A stretch of DNA of 64,000 bases from Patescibacteria group bacterium (GCA_041659765.1 JBAZXR010000001.1:108537-172536); one strand, 5' to 3'. Counted from the first letter of the stretch, positions 25,478 to 37,958 are shown. Numbers and translations are program-made. The notes: generated from the sequence alone by a model not told the origin.

Positions 25478-28400
25478 GTGAACATAAACCGCTTAAAACA
25501 CTTGGTTGTCGGGTTACTCGTCGCTACGAGCTCGGCTTTGCCGTTGGCTTTGCCAATGATCGCTTCCGCGCAGACGGACACGGTGACGAGCGGGCTTGAG
25601 ACCGTGGGTACAGCTACTGGTTTAGGAAATGAGGATCCGCGGATTATAGTGGCGAGAATTATTAGAGTAGTGATTTCTTCGCTCGGCGTAATCGCCGTGG
25701 TTATTGTTCTTTACGGCGGTTTCGTCTGGATGACCTCGGCTGGCAATGAAGAGAAGGTGAGTAAAGCTAAGAAGATTTTGTTGAGCGGCGGTATCGGTCT
25801 AATGATTATTCTGATGTCATGGTCCATCACCACCTTCATTATTAGTTCACTTTTGAGTGCAACTGGCGGTGGTGGTGGCGGTTCTGGCGGCGCAGGTGAC
25901 GGTGTAGGCGGAACTAGTCTGGGTGGCGGTTCTGGCAGTGGCTTTGTAGTAACCGGTATTGTTCCTAAGGGTGAGGTGACGATTAGAAATGTGCAGGTTC
26001 GTGTAACATTCTCGAAGAATGTTGATCCTGCAAGCATTGCTAACGCCTTTACGGTTAAAAATACCCTGACGGGTGCAGTCATTGCTGGTACGCCATCTGT
26101 TTCCGGAAACACCATTACTTTCAAACCTAGCACGCCTTGTTCGGACGCGGCACCAGCTCCGCTTTGTTTTGACGCGAGCACTCAGTTTACGGTCACCATG
26201 ACTACGGCCATTAAGAGTACCTCGGCGGTTGCTTTGACGTGTCCGACTAGCCGTCCCTGTGCTGGCAGCTTCACGACTGGAACTATAGTCGACGAGGTTC
26301 CGCCAACAGCTTTGATTACTGACCCTGACGCTGGACAGCGCGTGCCAGCCAATAGCTTTCAGAACGTTCAGGTGGTTGGTACTGATGATGTTGGTGTCGC
26401 TAGTGCTACCTTCTTGGCCGGTACTGTCAGTTTTGACGAAGTTCCGGCTACCGGAGCGGATCTCACGAGCGTAACAATTAGCGCTGATTGGGATACGAGC
26501 AACGAGGATGCTGGAAACTCGGTAAAATTGTCTTCCACTATTACTGACCTGGCTGGTAACACGGCTGAAGACTCAGTTGGGGTGCTCTTAGCACCAGCTT
26601 CATGCCAAAATAACGTCTTAGATTCCGGCAGTGGAGAAACGGGGATTGATTGTGGCGGTGATCCGACTAGCGCGAACTATTGTGGCGCGTGTGACGGCTC
26701 GGCTTGTACTTCTTCTACTGATTGTCAGTCCGGTTCTTGTGTGAGCGGTGTTTGTCGGGCTACGACCGTTATTAGAGCGGTTTCGCCATTGTCGGGTGCG
26801 CCTGGTACTTACGTCACAATTTCTGGTAATTCTTTTGGGGCAACGCCGGGCAAAGTTTTGTTTGTTGGTCCGGGCGCGCCAGTTGAGGCGGTTCTAGCTC
26901 CGTGTGCTGATGGTTGGACAGACCGCCAGGTAGTAGTCATGGTGCCGCCAGGTCCGGCTGGAACTGGTCCGATTACTATTGTGCGAGCAAATGCGGTAGA
27001 TGATTTTGATAAGGATTTAACTAATGATAATCGGGGTCCGCTCATTGCTAACTTCGTCGTGAACACGGTGGCGCATCCAAATCTGTGTGGTCTTTCGGCT
27101 ACCAGTGCCAAAGCTGGCGATTCGCTCACGCTTACCGGATCCGGTTTCGGCGCTAGTCGAGGGACTTCGGTAGTGGCCTTTGGTAGTAATCGTCCCGCCT
27201 CCACCTATTCGTCATGGTCTGATTCTTCCGCTCAGGTAGTGGTGCCGGTCGTAGCCTCTCGTGATGGCTCGTACGCTGTACATGTGGTTTCCGACGCCGG
27301 CATTTCGTCGAATAGCATTAGCTTACGCTTTACCTCGGCCGCTTCTTCTGGCGGATCTACAACCTCAGGTGGGACAACTACGCCGGGAGGCGTGACTACA
27401 CCAGGCGGGACTACTACTCCCGGTGGAACCACAACTCCAGGCGGAACCACTACGCCTGGCGGTTCAGCCGCCTCTGCACTTGTTCCGTCGCTCGTTTCGA
27501 TTGATCCTGGTCAGGGTGGAATAGGGCGTTACGTTAGTTTGACGGGCACAAATTTTGGTTCCGCTAAGGGGATTGTCAAGTTCACTAATACCGCGACCGG
27601 CGATACTGCGGTGGCTAGCTTGGATGTTTCTGCAGCCTGCGGTGCGGAAAACCCATGGGGTAACACGCTGATCAGATTTGTCGTTCCCGGCACCTATACA
27701 AATGGCACGGCCATCGCGGTCGCCGCACATACTGTGTCTATCACCTCAGCCAGTGGCCAGATTTCTAATACTGTTCCATTTACTATAATCGCTGATGATA
27801 CAAGACCGAATGTGTGCGGAATCGTGCCCGCTACTGGCCAGGCCGGGGATACGATAAAAATTGTTGGCGATCGGTTTGGCTCAACCAATGGCGCGGTTAC
27901 TTTTTCGTCGAGTGTGACTTCAGTCATCACCTCTTGGAGTAATACCGAAGTCAAAGTGACCGTTCCGGCCAGTGCTCAGAGCGGCAGTGTCACCCTAGCC
28001 AACGCCGCCGGAGTAAAAGGTAACAATGTTTATTTCAGCGTGGCTTCGCCTACTTCATCGGCTGGCGCGGTGGGCGGCGGCTATGCTTGGAGTTTTTCTT
28101 CCGGTTCCATTCCTAAAGTTCCAAGTTTGGTAACTGAGTGTTCGGCTTCGGTCGTTTCTGCTGTGCCGAATAACCGGTTTACGGACTCGGTTTGTACCAA
28201 TGCTGTGGTGTATGCCGAATTCACTCAGCCGATGAACCAGGCCACAGTGCAGGGTGCGGTGAAGGTTGACCGCTGTACCGGCGAAGGCTCTAACCCGTGT
28301 TCTTCGGTGATGGCGGTGACAGGTCAGACGCTCACTACTTTAAAATCTTTTACTTTTACGCCAAGCACGCCGCTGGCTATAAGTTCAACTTACCGCGTGA

Positions 28401-31400
28401 CCGTGGCCGCTACGGCTGAATCCGCCGATGGGGCAACTTTGGCTAGAGACGCTGAGTGGACTTTTGTGACAGCATCAACTAATACAGCTTGTTTAGTTGA
28501 TAGTGTCAGAGTGTCACCGGCCAAGGCGACTATTAACGTAAAGAACGGGACGGAAAGCTTCTCGGCCCTGCCGACGGCTGGTTGTGTGGTGCTTGACCCA
28601 GCTGGGGTTGAGTGGGATTGGGCACTGAATCCTAGTTTTGCGGCTCGTAATACAACGGCCAATCCGTCCTGTGTGGGCGGGTCTACGGCTTGTTTGACTG
28701 CTGAGGCTTTGGCCGAGGGTGTGACACCGGTCACGGCCACGGTGAGCAATACAGCGACAAACAGTTCAGCTAGTTTGACAATCGAGTTTACAGATCCGTA
28801 CGTCACCGGCGTTTGGCCTGATTGTGACGCCGCCTGCATGAACGCACAGATTGGGGCGAGCTTTAACATTCCAATGAATAAGCAGAGTCTTGAGGCCTCG
28901 GGGAACGTTCGGCTGTTTGAGTGTACAAACGAACTTTGCTCCGCTACTTCAGAGATTACGAGCCCGGACGCTAGATGTATGACGGTGACCGGTCAGTCTC
29001 CTGAGTGTACGGGCTTCGCCTTGAAGACCGTTACGCTCAACCCCGGTAAGTTTTATAAAGCACGGATTAGCGGCTCGGTTAGAAGCGTAAGCGGGGTGCC
29101 GTTGACTAGAACTAATGACGGAGGCGATTATTCTTGGGTGTTCCGCGCTCGGGAAGACGCTAGTGCTTGCGTGGTCAGCCGAGTTTCTATTTCTCCGGCC
29201 ACTGCTCTAGCCAAGGCGGTTGGTGACAAAACAACCTTTACGAGTACGGCCTTTGGCGAAGCTGATAGCTGTTCACAGTCTGGTCAGCGACTAACCGGCT
29301 TCTCTTACTCATGGACCTGGGCCAACCCGATTATTGATGAGGATCTGGATAGCAATCCGGCTACTAAAGTAGCAGAGTGGCTAGGTTCTTCACTTCGAGA
29401 CACTTCTCCTTCAGCTATTCCATCTGCCTGCTCCGCATCATGTACTCCTGGTGGCAGCGTGCCTTATGAAGCGATTTGCGGTGACGGGGTGCTTGATCTT
29501 ACAGGCGGCGAGGAATGTGAAGATGGCAACGTGGCCAATGGCGACGGTTGTTCAGCTTCTTGTTTGCATGAGGGGACTAGCGCGCCAACTTGTGGCAACG
29601 GCCTTATTGATACCGCCGAGGATTGCGATGACCGTAATCTGATTGATGGTGACGGTTGTTCAAATAGGTGTCAGTCCGAAGGTTCGCGCTCAGTTGGCGC
29701 AACCTGTGGAAATAATGATATCGCTCGTAACGCCACCACAAAAGCTGGCGAAGAATGTGATGATAGTAACGCTAAAAATGGTGATGGCTGTTCTTCCAAC
29801 TGTACCAATGAGGGGACACCGTCATTAGCGTCTATCGGCGGGGCGGTTTGCGGTGACCGCGTAGTCAACATACCGGGCGAGGGTTGCGACGATGGAAACA
29901 TTATTAACGGCGATGGTTGTTCGTCGGTTTGTTTGCATGAAGGCTCGCTTACGACTTGTGGAGTTGGCGGGGTTGACGCTGGCGAGGATTGTGATGATGG
30001 AAACGGGTTGAACGGTGACGGCTGTTCCTCCAGATGTTTGTTTGAGGGCTCTTCGGTGGCTTACTCGCTGCCATCTTTCTGTGGCGATGGCGTGGTTGGA
30101 ACGGGCGAATATCCGGCCTGCGAAGCTGGTGTAACAGGTGACGGTCGAATTGATCCTTTGCAAACCGCCATCATCAGTAGTGATGCAGCTTTTGAGGTAG
30201 ACTTGGCGACCAAGCGGGCGCACGCTACGGTTGAGGTTAAAGAAAACTCCTCTGGTCTATCTACTACCGCTGATCTTTCTTTGTCGTGCGTAGCCACCTC
30301 TGATGCCAGCTGTTCGGACCCTGCTCACAACGGCGTCGGTTCAGCTAGCTGCTGCATGCCACGGCCAACGGTGACGCTGATCCCAACCTCTGCTTCTACA
30401 ACCTGCCGTAATCCGGCCTTGTACGGTATCTTTTCTCAGAAGATGGATCTAGAATCATTTACTACTACCAACACTGACAGAGCGCTGACGGTTGAGACTG
30501 ACCACTTGTACCTGCAACTGGACTTGCCGGCTACCACTGCTCTTCCTGGAATGCCAGGTTCTGAGATTAGGTGTCCAAGTGGGTATCGCGTAGCTTTTGG
30601 TCATGATCCAAAGGGCTTCTTAGCTCGGGCAAAAAATACCATCGTTCGCTTCTTCGTTGGTGATTCAGCAGTCGCCGCGGAAGGTAAATGCTTGCTGCCG
30701 GTTACTGGCTACGAGCAGGTTGAACAGGACGATGGAACGTACAAAATTTATCTAAAATACGCTAAAGCGCTTGAGCCAAATGCGTCTTATACCCTTGTGG
30801 TTGATGGTGATCCAAATGTTCAAGATGGAGTAATAGTTGGAGTTACTTCAGTTTCAGGTGTTGGTTTGAACGGCACGGCCTCGTCTACATTTAGAACTGG
30901 CCCGAACCTATGTTCGTTAGATGAGGTCAAGGTGACCGACAACTACCGTGCGTCGCCCTACCTCTTTACGCGGGGTGATGAGGTGCATGCGTTTACGGCT
31001 GCAGGTATTTCTCATACGAATGGCCTAATTCAGGAAATCCAACCGATTCTCGGAGTCTACGATTGGGATTTTGATAAATGGAAGATTGCTGATGAGACCC
31101 TGTTTGGAGTGTCAGCTATCGGACCCAATATTCCTCATGACACTGTTGATATTAAATCCTTAGCGAAAAACGGCTCGACGAGTCTTTCAGCGCAGGCCAC
31201 TATTGGAGCAGACACGTTTGGCGGCACGACAGGCAAGAAAGTGATCGGTTCGACTGGGATAACGGCATTTTTATGTGAGAATCCTTGGCCGCCTCTACCT
31301 AAGTTCCCGTGGTCTGATGACCCGGCGGGCGAAGCTAACGGACTCGCATCGCAGGGGACTGAGGGCTGGATGAACATTTCTAGTTATTACTGTCGCGATC

Positions 31401-34400
31401 AGGGAGCGGTGGGCGTAGCTGCTGATCTGCCGACTGTTACGCCGGTTCGTCCGCCGGTAGCCGGAACTTCAAATATTATCAAGCAATACTTGTTTGAGGT
31501 GAGTGATGGTTCTGGCGACGCAATCGGCCTTCGAGTGGTGAGCAATCCGGGCTACCTCTCGCCGATGGCTTGGTATCGGGCTCAGAACTTCAAGGGCGGT
31601 CCCAAGGAGACTGTAGTGGATGGTTTTGCGGCGGTACAGGACGGCAGTACGGTGTATGTGGCTGCTCCTAACTATGCCAATGGCAAGTTCTATTCCAATA
31701 TCTACGTTTTGTCTGCCAATGAGGGGGCGAACGAAGCGACGCTAAAGATTTTTGCGAGCATGCTTGAGAATCTTAAGTTTGCGATTGACCTGAATGACGT
31801 GACTGTCTGTACTATTGGCGGATCCTTGTCGGATACAAGCTGCTCTTCGGATGATGATTGTCTGGCTCTTGGGGCTGGTGCAGTTTGTCCGTCTTTAAAG
31901 GCGAAGGTGCGCCGTGATACTCAGAGACTATCTGATTTGACGACTATCCGTTCAGCTATTACAGCCTACGGCGTGGATAATAGAGTATGTTCCATCACCA
32001 GGTCTCAGTCTTGCGCTTCAAATATTGAATGTCCGGTTGGCGAGTCCTGCGCATCAATTATTCCGGCGCTGTCTGCTGGAACCTTCGTGCGCAATTTCTC
32101 TGCTAGCCCGTGGACTAGCTGGGGCGACATGCTGGGTGGCGCGCTTGGCGCGAAGGAACTGCCAGTTGACCCGTTGAATGCCTTCACACCTAATACTTGC
32201 GGAGTAGTGGGTGGGCCATTAGCTAGTTTTGATCAGGCCAACTGCGTTGACCAGTCAAAGGGAACGTATACATGTCCGTTTGGTTCTCACGTGTACCAGT
32301 ATTTGGCGCAGGGAGACAGCTCGGTGAAACTATCGGCTAACCTTGAATTCTTTGAGGTGTGGGCTAGTCCAATTGATAATAATGGTTCGGCCGATGGAGT
32401 GGATATTACAGTTGGTAGAGCTAACGTGTCGGCTGATGGCTTTAGCACGGGGGACGTATGTTCAGGCGCGGTGCTTGGCAGTTCTGCCGTTTGCGGCGAC
32501 GGCGTAGTGGGCAGTGGCGAGGCCTGTGAACTTGGTCAGCGTGAGACTACAGTCGCCATCTGTGATGGTAATAATGATGGAATTATTGATGGTTTCAAGA
32601 CCAGGGTTTGTAATTCATCCTGTACCGCTTTTGTGGATGATCCTCAAGCCGTCTGCGTTTCACCTACTTGCGGGAATGCGGTCAAAGAGGGTTCTGAAGA
32701 GTGCGATGACGGTTCAAAAAATGGCTCGTACGGTTTCTGTGGAGCTGACTGTAGACGAGCCAGCGCCTTCTCTTGCGGAGATGGCTCTTTGGCCGGTGGC
32801 GAGAAATGTGATTGTGGCTCAAGCGGATCTCTGACTGGTCGTCGGGCTAATGGCAACGGCATCTGTCAGGTTTATAACGGCGTGTATCAGTCCAGTCCTT
32901 CAGCCTCATGTGCTTGGGATTGTTCCGGTCCAGCGCCATACTGCGGCGACAAGCATGTTGATAGCGGCGAACAATGCGATGGTACAGATGAGTTCTGGGA
33001 CGGAAAGTTGTGTTCAAGCGGCTCGCTGATTGGCCAGCCATGTACATCTGACAGTATGTGCGGAACCGCTGGCTTATGTGGCGGAACTAGCGCCTATGCG
33101 GCTTGTCCGGTCGGGGAGACGCGCACTCATGATTGTAATGACGCCGTGGGTGCTAGCTGTGCCTACTCAAATACTTGGCTAGCTGCTACCTGCGTCAGGG
33201 TAGGAACTTGCGGAGATGGTGTTGTCCAGAGCGGTCTAGAGCAGTGTGACGACGGAAATCAAAATGACACTGACGCCTGCACTCATTTGTGTAAGGTTAA
33301 CGTTTGCGGTGACGCTGCTCTTAACCCGCAGACAGAAGAATGTGACCTGGGCACGCAGAACGGCGGTTCTTGCAGCTCATCTTACGGCTCTACTTGCACC
33401 GCTTGTTCTGTGACCTGCCGCAACGTTATTTCATCCGGCGCGTTCTGTGGTGACGGCGTGAAGAATGGCACGGAGTTCTGTGATGGTTCTGACGTGCCAC
33501 TGACTTACTTCGATTCTGCCACCATGAAGGCCGGTGGGTCATGTGCTACGGACGGGGCAACGTCCAGCATTTATACCTGTCGTAGTTTAGGCGTGTGTAA
33601 CGGTGGAGCTAAGAATGGTCAGCTCTGTACAGCCGGATATATTGGTAGCACTGGTCCTGATTCCTACGCTCTTGATGTAGCTGACTGTACAGATTTAACC
33701 GGCAGTTACGAATGCGTTAAGCCGGCTTGTTCCGGTACTTGTTCTTCCTCCTGCCCGCTAACCTTTGCTAGTACCAGCTTGCTCATGACAGCTAATCAGC
33801 CAGGTTCGCGCCCAAGCCCAAGTGTCGATCTCTACTCGTACAACACGAGCTCTACCTCAACTCTGCCCAACGCGGCTACTATTACGGTTCCTGCTTGTAC
33901 GGTATTGCCCTCGGTTTCCGCGAACATCCGTTACGCCGAGAACTATGAACCACCGCAGGTGTACGTGATGTTCATCACTGATCTTTCGCAAACGATGAAA
34001 TACCGGGTCCGTGACGATGTTCTTCCTGGTTCAGGCGAAAAATCTCGGTTGGCTGTGGCGCAGGCTTCCATGGACTCAGCAACTGCAAGTTTGTATGAGA
34101 AGTTTGGTGCTAACGTGCATATCGGTTCGATCGGCTTCAAAGGTTTGGCGCAAGGAACTTGCTACAATAAAACCAACACATCCTGCACGGCGGGGACGGC
34201 TGCGGGCGATACTACTTGTTCAAACTTAACTCCGGGTGACTTCTGCTTGGACAAAACATCTCAGATTTCTGCTTCAACTATTACCTATCCGTTCGGTGAT
34301 ATCTATAGCTATAAGCTTGCTGATAGCACGGGGGCGTATTCGTTCGCTGATCAGCCGCAGATGTCTTCGCTAGTTTCGGCTATTGACTCAATGTTCGTTG

Positions 34401-35020
34401 ACAAAACGGGACCAACTGGTTGTACATCTAGTCCTTGTCAGTCAACAAATATCCATGGGACGAGAACTTATGAAGGTTTGGTTGAAGCTCGTCAGATGTT
34501 TAAGAAGATTAATGATTTGTCGACCACGGATAAGACTAATACCCGGTACATCGGGATCCTGCTATCTGATGGCGAGTATACGAACACAGACCCGCTCATT
34601 GAAGCAGCTGCATGGAAGGATAAATACGAGCTTTATACGGCCACAATCGGCAATGATTCGGCGTTCATTGCGCAGATGAACAGGTGGTCGACGAATAGTT
34701 GGGATGGAACTACGGCCAACACGAGTTCTGACACGTACAATGGCGTTGATTATTCCTTTACGGCATCAACGGATACGCAATTAACGGGCATTTATAGCCA
34801 GATAGTTAATACGATCCAAAATATTAGCGTTAAACTGGTTGTTGATAGTGGAGCTGCCTCGACTAGCGTGAATACTGGAAACGGAATCTCGCTCGTTTTG
34901 CCGCAAGGCTTTGCCTGCGACAAGCTTCACTCACAGAACGTGCCTATTCAGGTGACCTTTGCAGGCAAGGGGCAAATGACTATTAGTGACGTGCGTGTAA
35001 ATTATTGTGCGGCTCCATAG
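25478..35020 (+). CDS. Giant (3180 aa) VirB2/TrbC-anchored surface protein with Ig-like/IPT domains, Myxococcus-type cysteine-rich repeats (DUF4215-like) and a vWA domain with MIDAS
   Basis: GTG start 7 nt after the upstream stop. Its N-terminus is paralogous to the 23747 gene. It has IPT/Big-like segments, a (TTPGG)n linker, about six CG(D/N)GxxDxxEECDDGNxxxGDGCSxxC repeats (aa ~1330-1530) plus a second array (aa ~2340-2660), and DxSxS (ITDLSQTM) of a vWA/MIDAS at aa ~2830. Confidence 0.75.
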   Translation: MNINRLKHLVVGLLVATSSALPLALPMIASAQTDTVTSGLETVGTATGLGNEDPRIIVARIIRVVISSLGVIAVVIVLYGGFVWMTSAGNEEKVSKAKKILLSGGIGLMIILMSWSITTFIISSLLSATGGGGGGSGGAGDGVGGTSLGGGSGSGFVVTGIVPKGEVTIRNVQVRVTFSKNVDPASIANAFTVKNTLTGAVIAGTPSVSGNTITFKPSTPCSDAAPAPLCFDASTQFTVTMTTAIKSTSAVALTCPTSRPCAGSFTTGTIVDEVPPTALITDPDAGQRVPANSFQNVQVVGTDDVGVASATFLAGTVSFDEVPATGADLTSVTISADWDTSNEDAGNSVKLSSTITDLAGNTAEDSVGVLLAPASCQNNVLDSGSGETGIDCGGDPTSANYCGACDGSACTSSTDCQSGSCVSGVCRATTVIRAVSPLSGAPGTYVTISGNSFGATPGKVLFVGPGAPVEAVLAPCADGWTDRQVVVMVPPGPAGTGPITIVRANAVDDFDKDLTNDNRGPLIANFVVNTVAHPNLCGLSATSAKAGDSLTLTGSGFGASRGTSVVAFGSNRPASTYSSWSDSSAQVVVPVVASRDGSYAVHVVSDAGISSNSISLRFTSAASSGGSTTSGGTTTPGGVTTPGGTTTPGGTTTPGGTTTPGGSAASALVPSLVSIDPGQGGIGRYVSLTGTNFGSAKGIVKFTNTATGDTAVASLDVSAACGAENPWGNTLIRFVVPGTYTNGTAIAVAAHTVSITSASGQISNTVPFTIIADDTRPNVCGIVPATGQAGDTIKIVGDRFGSTNGAVTFSSSVTSVITSWSNTEVKVTVPASAQSGSVTLANAAGVKGNNVYFSVASPTSSAGAVGGGYAWSFSSGSIPKVPSLVTECSASVVSAVPNNRFTDSVCTNAVVYAEFTQPMNQATVQGAVKVDRCTGEGSNPCSSVMAVTGQTLTTLKSFTFTPSTPLAISSTYRVTVAATAESADGATLARDAEWTFVTASTNTACLVDSVRVSPAKATINVKNGTESFSALPTAGCVVLDPAGVEWDWALNPSFAARNTTANPSCVGGSTACLTAEALAEGVTPVTATVSNTATNSSASLTIEFTDPYVTGVWPDCDAACMNAQIGASFNIPMNKQSLEASGNVRLFECTNELCSATSEITSPDARCMTVTGQSPECTGFALKTVTLNPGKFYKARISGSVRSVSGVPLTRTNDGGDYSWVFRAREDASACVVSRVSISPATALAKAVGDKTTFTSTAFGEADSCSQSGQRLTGFSYSWTWANPIIDEDLDSNPATKVAEWLGSSLRDTSPSAIPSACSASCTPGGSVPYEAICGDGVLDLTGGEECEDGNVANGDGCSASCLHEGTSAPTCGNGLIDTAEDCDDRNLIDGDGCSNRCQSEGSRSVGATCGNNDIARNATTKAGEECDDSNAKNGDGCSSNCTNEGTPSLASIGGAVCGDRVVNIPGEGCDDGNIINGDGCSSVCLHEGSLTTCGVGGVDAGEDCDDGNGLNGDGCSSRCLFEGSSVAYSLPSFCGDGVVGTGEYPACEAGVTGDGRIDPLQTAIISSDAAFEVDLATKRAHATVEVKENSSGLSTTADLSLSCVATSDASCSDPAHNGVGSASCCMPRPTVTLIPTSASTTCRNPALYGIFSQKMDLESFTTTNTDRALTVETDHLYLQLDLPATTALPGMPGSEIRCPSGYRVAFGHDPKGFLARAKNTIVRFFVGDSAVAAEGKCLLPVTGYEQVEQDDGTYKIYLKYAKALEPNASYTLVVDGDPNVQDGVIVGVTSVSGVGLNGTASSTFRTGPNLCSLDEVKVTDNYRASPYLFTRGDEVHAFTAAGISHTNGLIQEIQPILGVYDWDFDKWKIADETLFGVSAIGPNIPHDTVDIKSLAKNGSTSLSAQATIGADTFGGTTGKKVIGSTGITAFLCENPWPPLPKFPWSDDPAGEANGLASQGTEGWMNISSYYCRDQGAVGVAADLPTVTPVRPPVAGTSNIIKQYLFEVSDGSGDAIGLRVVSNPGYLSPMAWYRAQNFKGGPKETVVDGFAAVQDGSTVYVAAPNYANGKFYSNIYVLSANEGANEATLKIFASMLENLKFAIDLNDVTVCTIGGSLSDTSCSSDDDCLALGAGAVCPSLKAKVRRDTQRLSDLTTIRSAITAYGVDNRVCSITRSQSCASNIECPVGESCASIIPALSAGTFVRNFSASPWTSWGDMLGGALGAKELPVDPLNAFTPNTCGVVGGPLASFDQANCVDQSKGTYTCPFGSHVYQYLAQGDSSVKLSANLEFFEVWASPIDNNGSADGVDITVGRANVSADGFSTGDVCSGAVLGSSAVCGDGVVGSGEACELGQRETTVAICDGNNDGIIDGFKTRVCNSSCTAFVDDPQAVCVSPTCGNAVKEGSEECDDGSKNGSYGFCGADCRRASAFSCGDGSLAGGEKCDCGSSGSLTGRRANGNGICQVYNGVYQSSPSASCAWDCSGPAPYCGDKHVDSGEQCDGTDEFWDGKLCSSGSLIGQPCTSDSMCGTAGLCGGTSAYAACPVGETRTHDCNDAVGASCAYSNTWLAATCVRVGTCGDGVVQSGLEQCDDGNQNDTDACTHLCKVNVCGDAALNPQTEECDLGTQNGGSCSSSYGSTCTACSVTCRNVISSGAFCGDGVKNGTEFCDGSDVPLTYFDSATMKAGGSCATDGATSSIYTCRSLGVCNGGAKNGQLCTAGYIGSTGPDSYALDVADCTDLTGSYECVKPACSGTCSSSCPLTFASTSLLMTANQPGSRPSPSVDLYSYNTSSTSTLPNAATITVPACTVLPSVSANIRYAENYEPPQVYVMFITDLSQTMKYRVRDDVLPGSGEKSRLAVAQASMDSATASLYEKFGANVHIGSIGFKGLAQGTCYNKTNTSCTAGTAAGDTTCSNLTPGDFCLDKTSQISASTITYPFGDIYSYKLADSTGAYSFADQPQMSSLVSAIDSMFVDKTGPTGCTSSPCQSTNIHGTRTYEGLVEARQMFKKINDLSTTDKTNTRYIGILLSDGEYTNTDPLIEAAAWKDKYELYTATIGNDSAFIAQMNRWSTNSWDGTTANTSSDTYNGVDYSFTASTDTQLTGIYSQIVNTIQNISVKLVVDSGAASTSVNTGNGISLVLPQGFACDKLHSQNVPIQVTFAGKGQMTISDVRVNYCAAP

Positions 35021-35900
35021 TATGGAAGACCTAGAGACCCAACAACCGCCAGTTGCCCAGCCAACGGTAGCTACTACCGCGCCGGTCTTTTATTCGCTCG
35101 CTCCAGAAGAAGCCCCAAGACCGACTCCGTGGTACAGGAAGCGTCAGCTGGTGGTGATGGCGGTTTCGTTCGCGGTTGCCCTTTTTGTGATCGGAGGGGT
35201 GGTGATCTTTGCGTCTAATTGGTTCGCTCAAAAAAATGCCCCGGCTAAAATAGCGGCTGAGGAAGCTTCCTCTATGTTGGCTGATAAAGTGTCGGCTTGT
35301 GATCAGGCGCTGGATCCAGAGACATGCAAAAACGGAGCCGGGATGCAGGTGGCGAACGCTACGGGTACGGCTGAGGTTTGTAACGGTTTGACGGGGGAGC
35401 TGCTTGATTCTTGCGTGTCCTTGGCCGCTCGGGCTGCGGCGAGCATCTCTGCCTGCGGTAAGCTAGATGGAGCTGCTAAGACGGCTTGTGAAGACGGTGC
35501 TTATAACGCTGAGGCTCAGACAAAGAATGATTTGACCTTGTGTGCCAAGATTGTAGACCAGGCTTTGGCTCTCGGTTGCGGATCTCGTGTGACGGAGGCA
35601 GCTTTGGCGAATAACTCCTGTGTTGCATCACACGTTGACCCGGTTCTTTGTTCCGATAGGCAGAGTTTATTAACAGCTATGAATTCTGGATTAGAGAGCG
35701 CCTGCACGGCACTATCTGATGAAGAAGCGAGGATAGATTGCATAAACGGTATCCATTCACTTGATGTAGACGGCGATGGTCTATCCGTTTTTGACGAAGT
35801 AAATACCCACCACACAGATCCTGTAAAACCGGACACTGATGGAGACGGGTATACTGATGGAGACGAGGTATCCACCGGACATGATCCTTTAAAGAAATAA
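35007..35900 (+). CDS. Bitopic membrane protein with Cys-containing extracellular domain and C-terminal Ca-binding DxDxDG (thrombospondin-type-3 / dockerin-like) repeats
   Basis: Pro-rich N-terminus, one TM helix, then DVDGDGLSVFDE and DTDGDGYTDGDE repeats. Overlaps the giant gene by 14 nt. Confidence 0.6.
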   Translation: MRLHSMEDLETQQPPVAQPTVATTAPVFYSLAPEEAPRPTPWYRKRQLVVMAVSFAVALFVIGGVVIFASNWFAQKNAPAKIAAEEASSMLADKVSACDQALDPETCKNGAGMQVANATGTAEVCNGLTGELLDSCVSLAARAAASISACGKLDGAAKTACEDGAYNAEAQTKNDLTLCAKIVDQALALGCGSRVTEAALANNSCVASHVDPVLCSDRQSLLTAMNSGLESACTALSDEEARIDCINGIHSLDVDGDGLSVFDEVNTHHTDPVKPDTDGDGYTDGDEVSTGHDPLKK

Positions 35901-35901
35901 T

Positions 35902-36549
35902 ATGTTTGACCAAGAACCTCAGGATATCTTTGCTGGAACGGATAAAGCTCCGGCGCCAGTTCAACCGCCAAGCGCAGTAGAGCGCGCTTCGGTTAATGCG
36001 TCACCAAGGCCGGCCCCAGCTATGGCTCCTGCTCCGGTTATGTCTGCTCCAAGGCAGCCTATGGAACCTTCGCCAACCTCTCATTTAATGAGAAATTTGG
36101 TGATCATCGTGATCGTAATTGCGGCTGTAGGCGGAGGAGCATACTTGGCTTATGCGCTTATGATTAAGCCGATCATGAATGCTAGCGTAGCGCCGGTGAT
36201 TCCGTCGGCCGTTAAGACTCCGGTTGTGCCAGCGGAGGAGACGCCACTCGCACCAGTTGAAACTCCGGTGGAGACTCCAGTGGCGGCTCCAGCCGAGCTA
36301 AACCCAAATTTCCTTGATAGTGATGGTGACGGTTTAAATAACGCCGCTGAACTTGAGGCGGGAACTTCGTCAACCAATCCTGACACTGACGGTGATGGTT
36401 TGGGAGATAGAGAAGAGGTGAGGGTTTATGGAACTGACCCTAATCGTACTGACACTGATGGCGATGGCTTCCTCGATGGGGCCGAAGTTCAGGGCGGTTA
36501 TAATCCGAACGGACCAGGCAAGCTCATGCAGATTCCAACCACCCCATAA
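35902..36549 (+). CDS. Paralogous bitopic membrane protein with Pro-rich linker and DxDxDG Ca-binding repeats
   Basis: TM helix, PV/PA-rich linker, then DSDGDGLNNAAE, DTDGDGLGDREE and DTDGDGFLDGAE. Confidence 0.6.
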   Translation: MFDQEPQDIFAGTDKAPAPVQPPSAVERASVNASPRPAPAMAPAPVMSAPRQPMEPSPTSHLMRNLVIIVIVIAAVGGGAYLAYALMIKPIMNASVAPVIPSAVKTPVVPAEETPLAPVETPVETPVAAPAELNPNFLDSDGDGLNNAAELEAGTSSTNPDTDGDGLGDREEVRVYGTDPNRTDTDGDGFLDGAEVQGGYNPNGPGKLMQIPTTP

Positions 36550-36552
36550 ATT

Positions 36553-37536
36553 ATGTTCGGATCTAAGGAGGCTCAACCGGTGACTCCAGCGGTGCCGGCA
36601 GTTAAAACTGACGACATGATTATTCATGTCATGCCCAAGGATTTTGCGGGAAAGCCGGCGTCTGCGGCAAGCGCGGGGTTGCAAACCCCGCCTTCTCAGG
36701 CGCCGATTCCGGCCCCGCAGCCTATGCCCGCACCAAAGCCGGTGGCAGCTCCCGCCCCGGCTGCACCAAAGCCGGCCGTGATTCCGCCTCCTAGGCGGAA
36801 GTTTGGCTTTGTTATCTTCCTGTTTGTTTTTCTTTTTGTCCTGTCACTTGGGGCTGCCGGAACCGTTTACTATCTCTATTTTATGCCGGTCGCGCCGTCT
36901 GAGAACGCGGGGTTAGTAACCCCGCCTTTACCGGCGCCTATTCCTGAACCCACCCCAATTCCGGTCGCGACGGAACCTGAGCCAGGCAAGGACACGGACT
37001 CAGACGGGCTGACTGATGTTGAAGAATTGCTATACGGAACTGATTACCGCAATCCAGACACTGACGGCGATACCTTCCTGGATGGCAACGAAGTCTTCCA
37101 CCGCTATAACCCGAACGGCCCGGCGCCGTTGACGCTCCTTGATACTGGCGCGGTGCGGGTGTTCGAATCGCCTGACATGCCGTTTACTATTTATTATCCG
37201 TCGGCTTGGACTCCGGTGGCTGACCCTATTGAAAAGAAGGTCACGTTCCGATCGCCCTCAACCGCGTCCGTGCTCATTACGGTTGAACTCAAAGATGCGA
37301 CCGCTAGCCTGGAAGGTTGGTATCAACAGAACGTACCAGACGAAAGCTCGCAGAAGCTTGAGGCGACATATACGTCTGAGGGCCTGCTCGCGCTGGCTCG
37401 TCGAGACCAGAGAATCGCGTATATTGATGGTGGTAGTAACGTCTTCACGCTCACTTATGACCTTGGAGATGAAAAAACCATTGAATTCCTATCTACCTTC
37501 CAGATGATGCTCAATGGTTTAAATCTTCTCCCATGA
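36553..37536 (+). CDS. Third paralogue: bitopic membrane protein with Pro-rich linkers, DxDxDG repeats and a C-terminal beta domain
   Basis: TM helix, PAP-rich linkers, DTDSDGLTDVEE and DTDGDTFLDGNE. Confidence 0.6.
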   Translation: MFGSKEAQPVTPAVPAVKTDDMIIHVMPKDFAGKPASAASAGLQTPPSQAPIPAPQPMPAPKPVAAPAPAAPKPAVIPPPRRKFGFVIFLFVFLFVLSLGAAGTVYYLYFMPVAPSENAGLVTPPLPAPIPEPTPIPVATEPEPGKDTDSDGLTDVEELLYGTDYRNPDTDGDTFLDGNEVFHRYNPNGPAPLTLLDTGAVRVFESPDMPFTIYYPSAWTPVADPIEKKVTFRSPSTASVLITVELKDATASLEGWYQQNVPDESSQKLEATYTSEGLLALARRDQRIAYIDGGSNVFTLTYDLGDEKTIEFLSTFQMMLNGLNLLP

Positions 37537-37958
37537 TTACTTTCGACGTCGAGCAAGAGTCTATCCCGAAGGGGAGCCGATTCTCTGGAGCGAGACTTAA
37601 GAAGATCGCCGGCGAGTTTGACGTTGCTCTGCGGAAGAAAGTAACCGGCATTGTTTCCTTGAGTTTTGTCGACGACCTAGAAATTCGTCGGCTTAACCGC
37701 ATGTACCGCAAGAAGGACAAGGTAACCGATGTTTTATCGTTTGGTTCCCCAGATGGCGATCGATCCGGGTATCTCGGTGACGTGATCATTTCGTACGAGC
37801 AGGCGGTGCGGCAGGCCGAAGACGAAGACCTCGAGCTTGAGCTGACTGATCTTCTCGTTCACGGCATCCTTCATGTGCTTGGTTACGACCACGAAAAGGC
37901 GGAAGATGCGGATGAGATGTTTCCTCTTCAGGATAAAATTGTGGCCGAAGTCCTATGA
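37533..37958 (+). CDS. ybeY: Endoribonuclease YbeY
   Basis: HGILHVLGYDHE metal-binding motif, 141 aa. Confidence 0.85.
   Translation: MITFDVEQESIPKGSRFSGARLKKIAGEFDVALRKKVTGIVSLSFVDDLEIRRLNRMYRKKDKVTDVLSFGSPDGDRSGYLGDVIISYEQAVRQAEDEDLELELTDLLVHGILHVLGYDHEKAEDADEMFPLQDKIVAEVL

Noticed and set aside
27361-27465. Possible CRISPR or phase-variable repeat
   Set aside because: It is an in-frame peptide repeat inside a CDS, with degenerate units and no spacers. No CRISPR-like repeat-spacer array was seen anywhere in the window.
23723-37536. Diversity-generating retroelement targeting the giant surface proteins
   Set aside because: No reverse transcriptase ORF and no template/variable repeat pair with A-specific mismatches was seen in the window.
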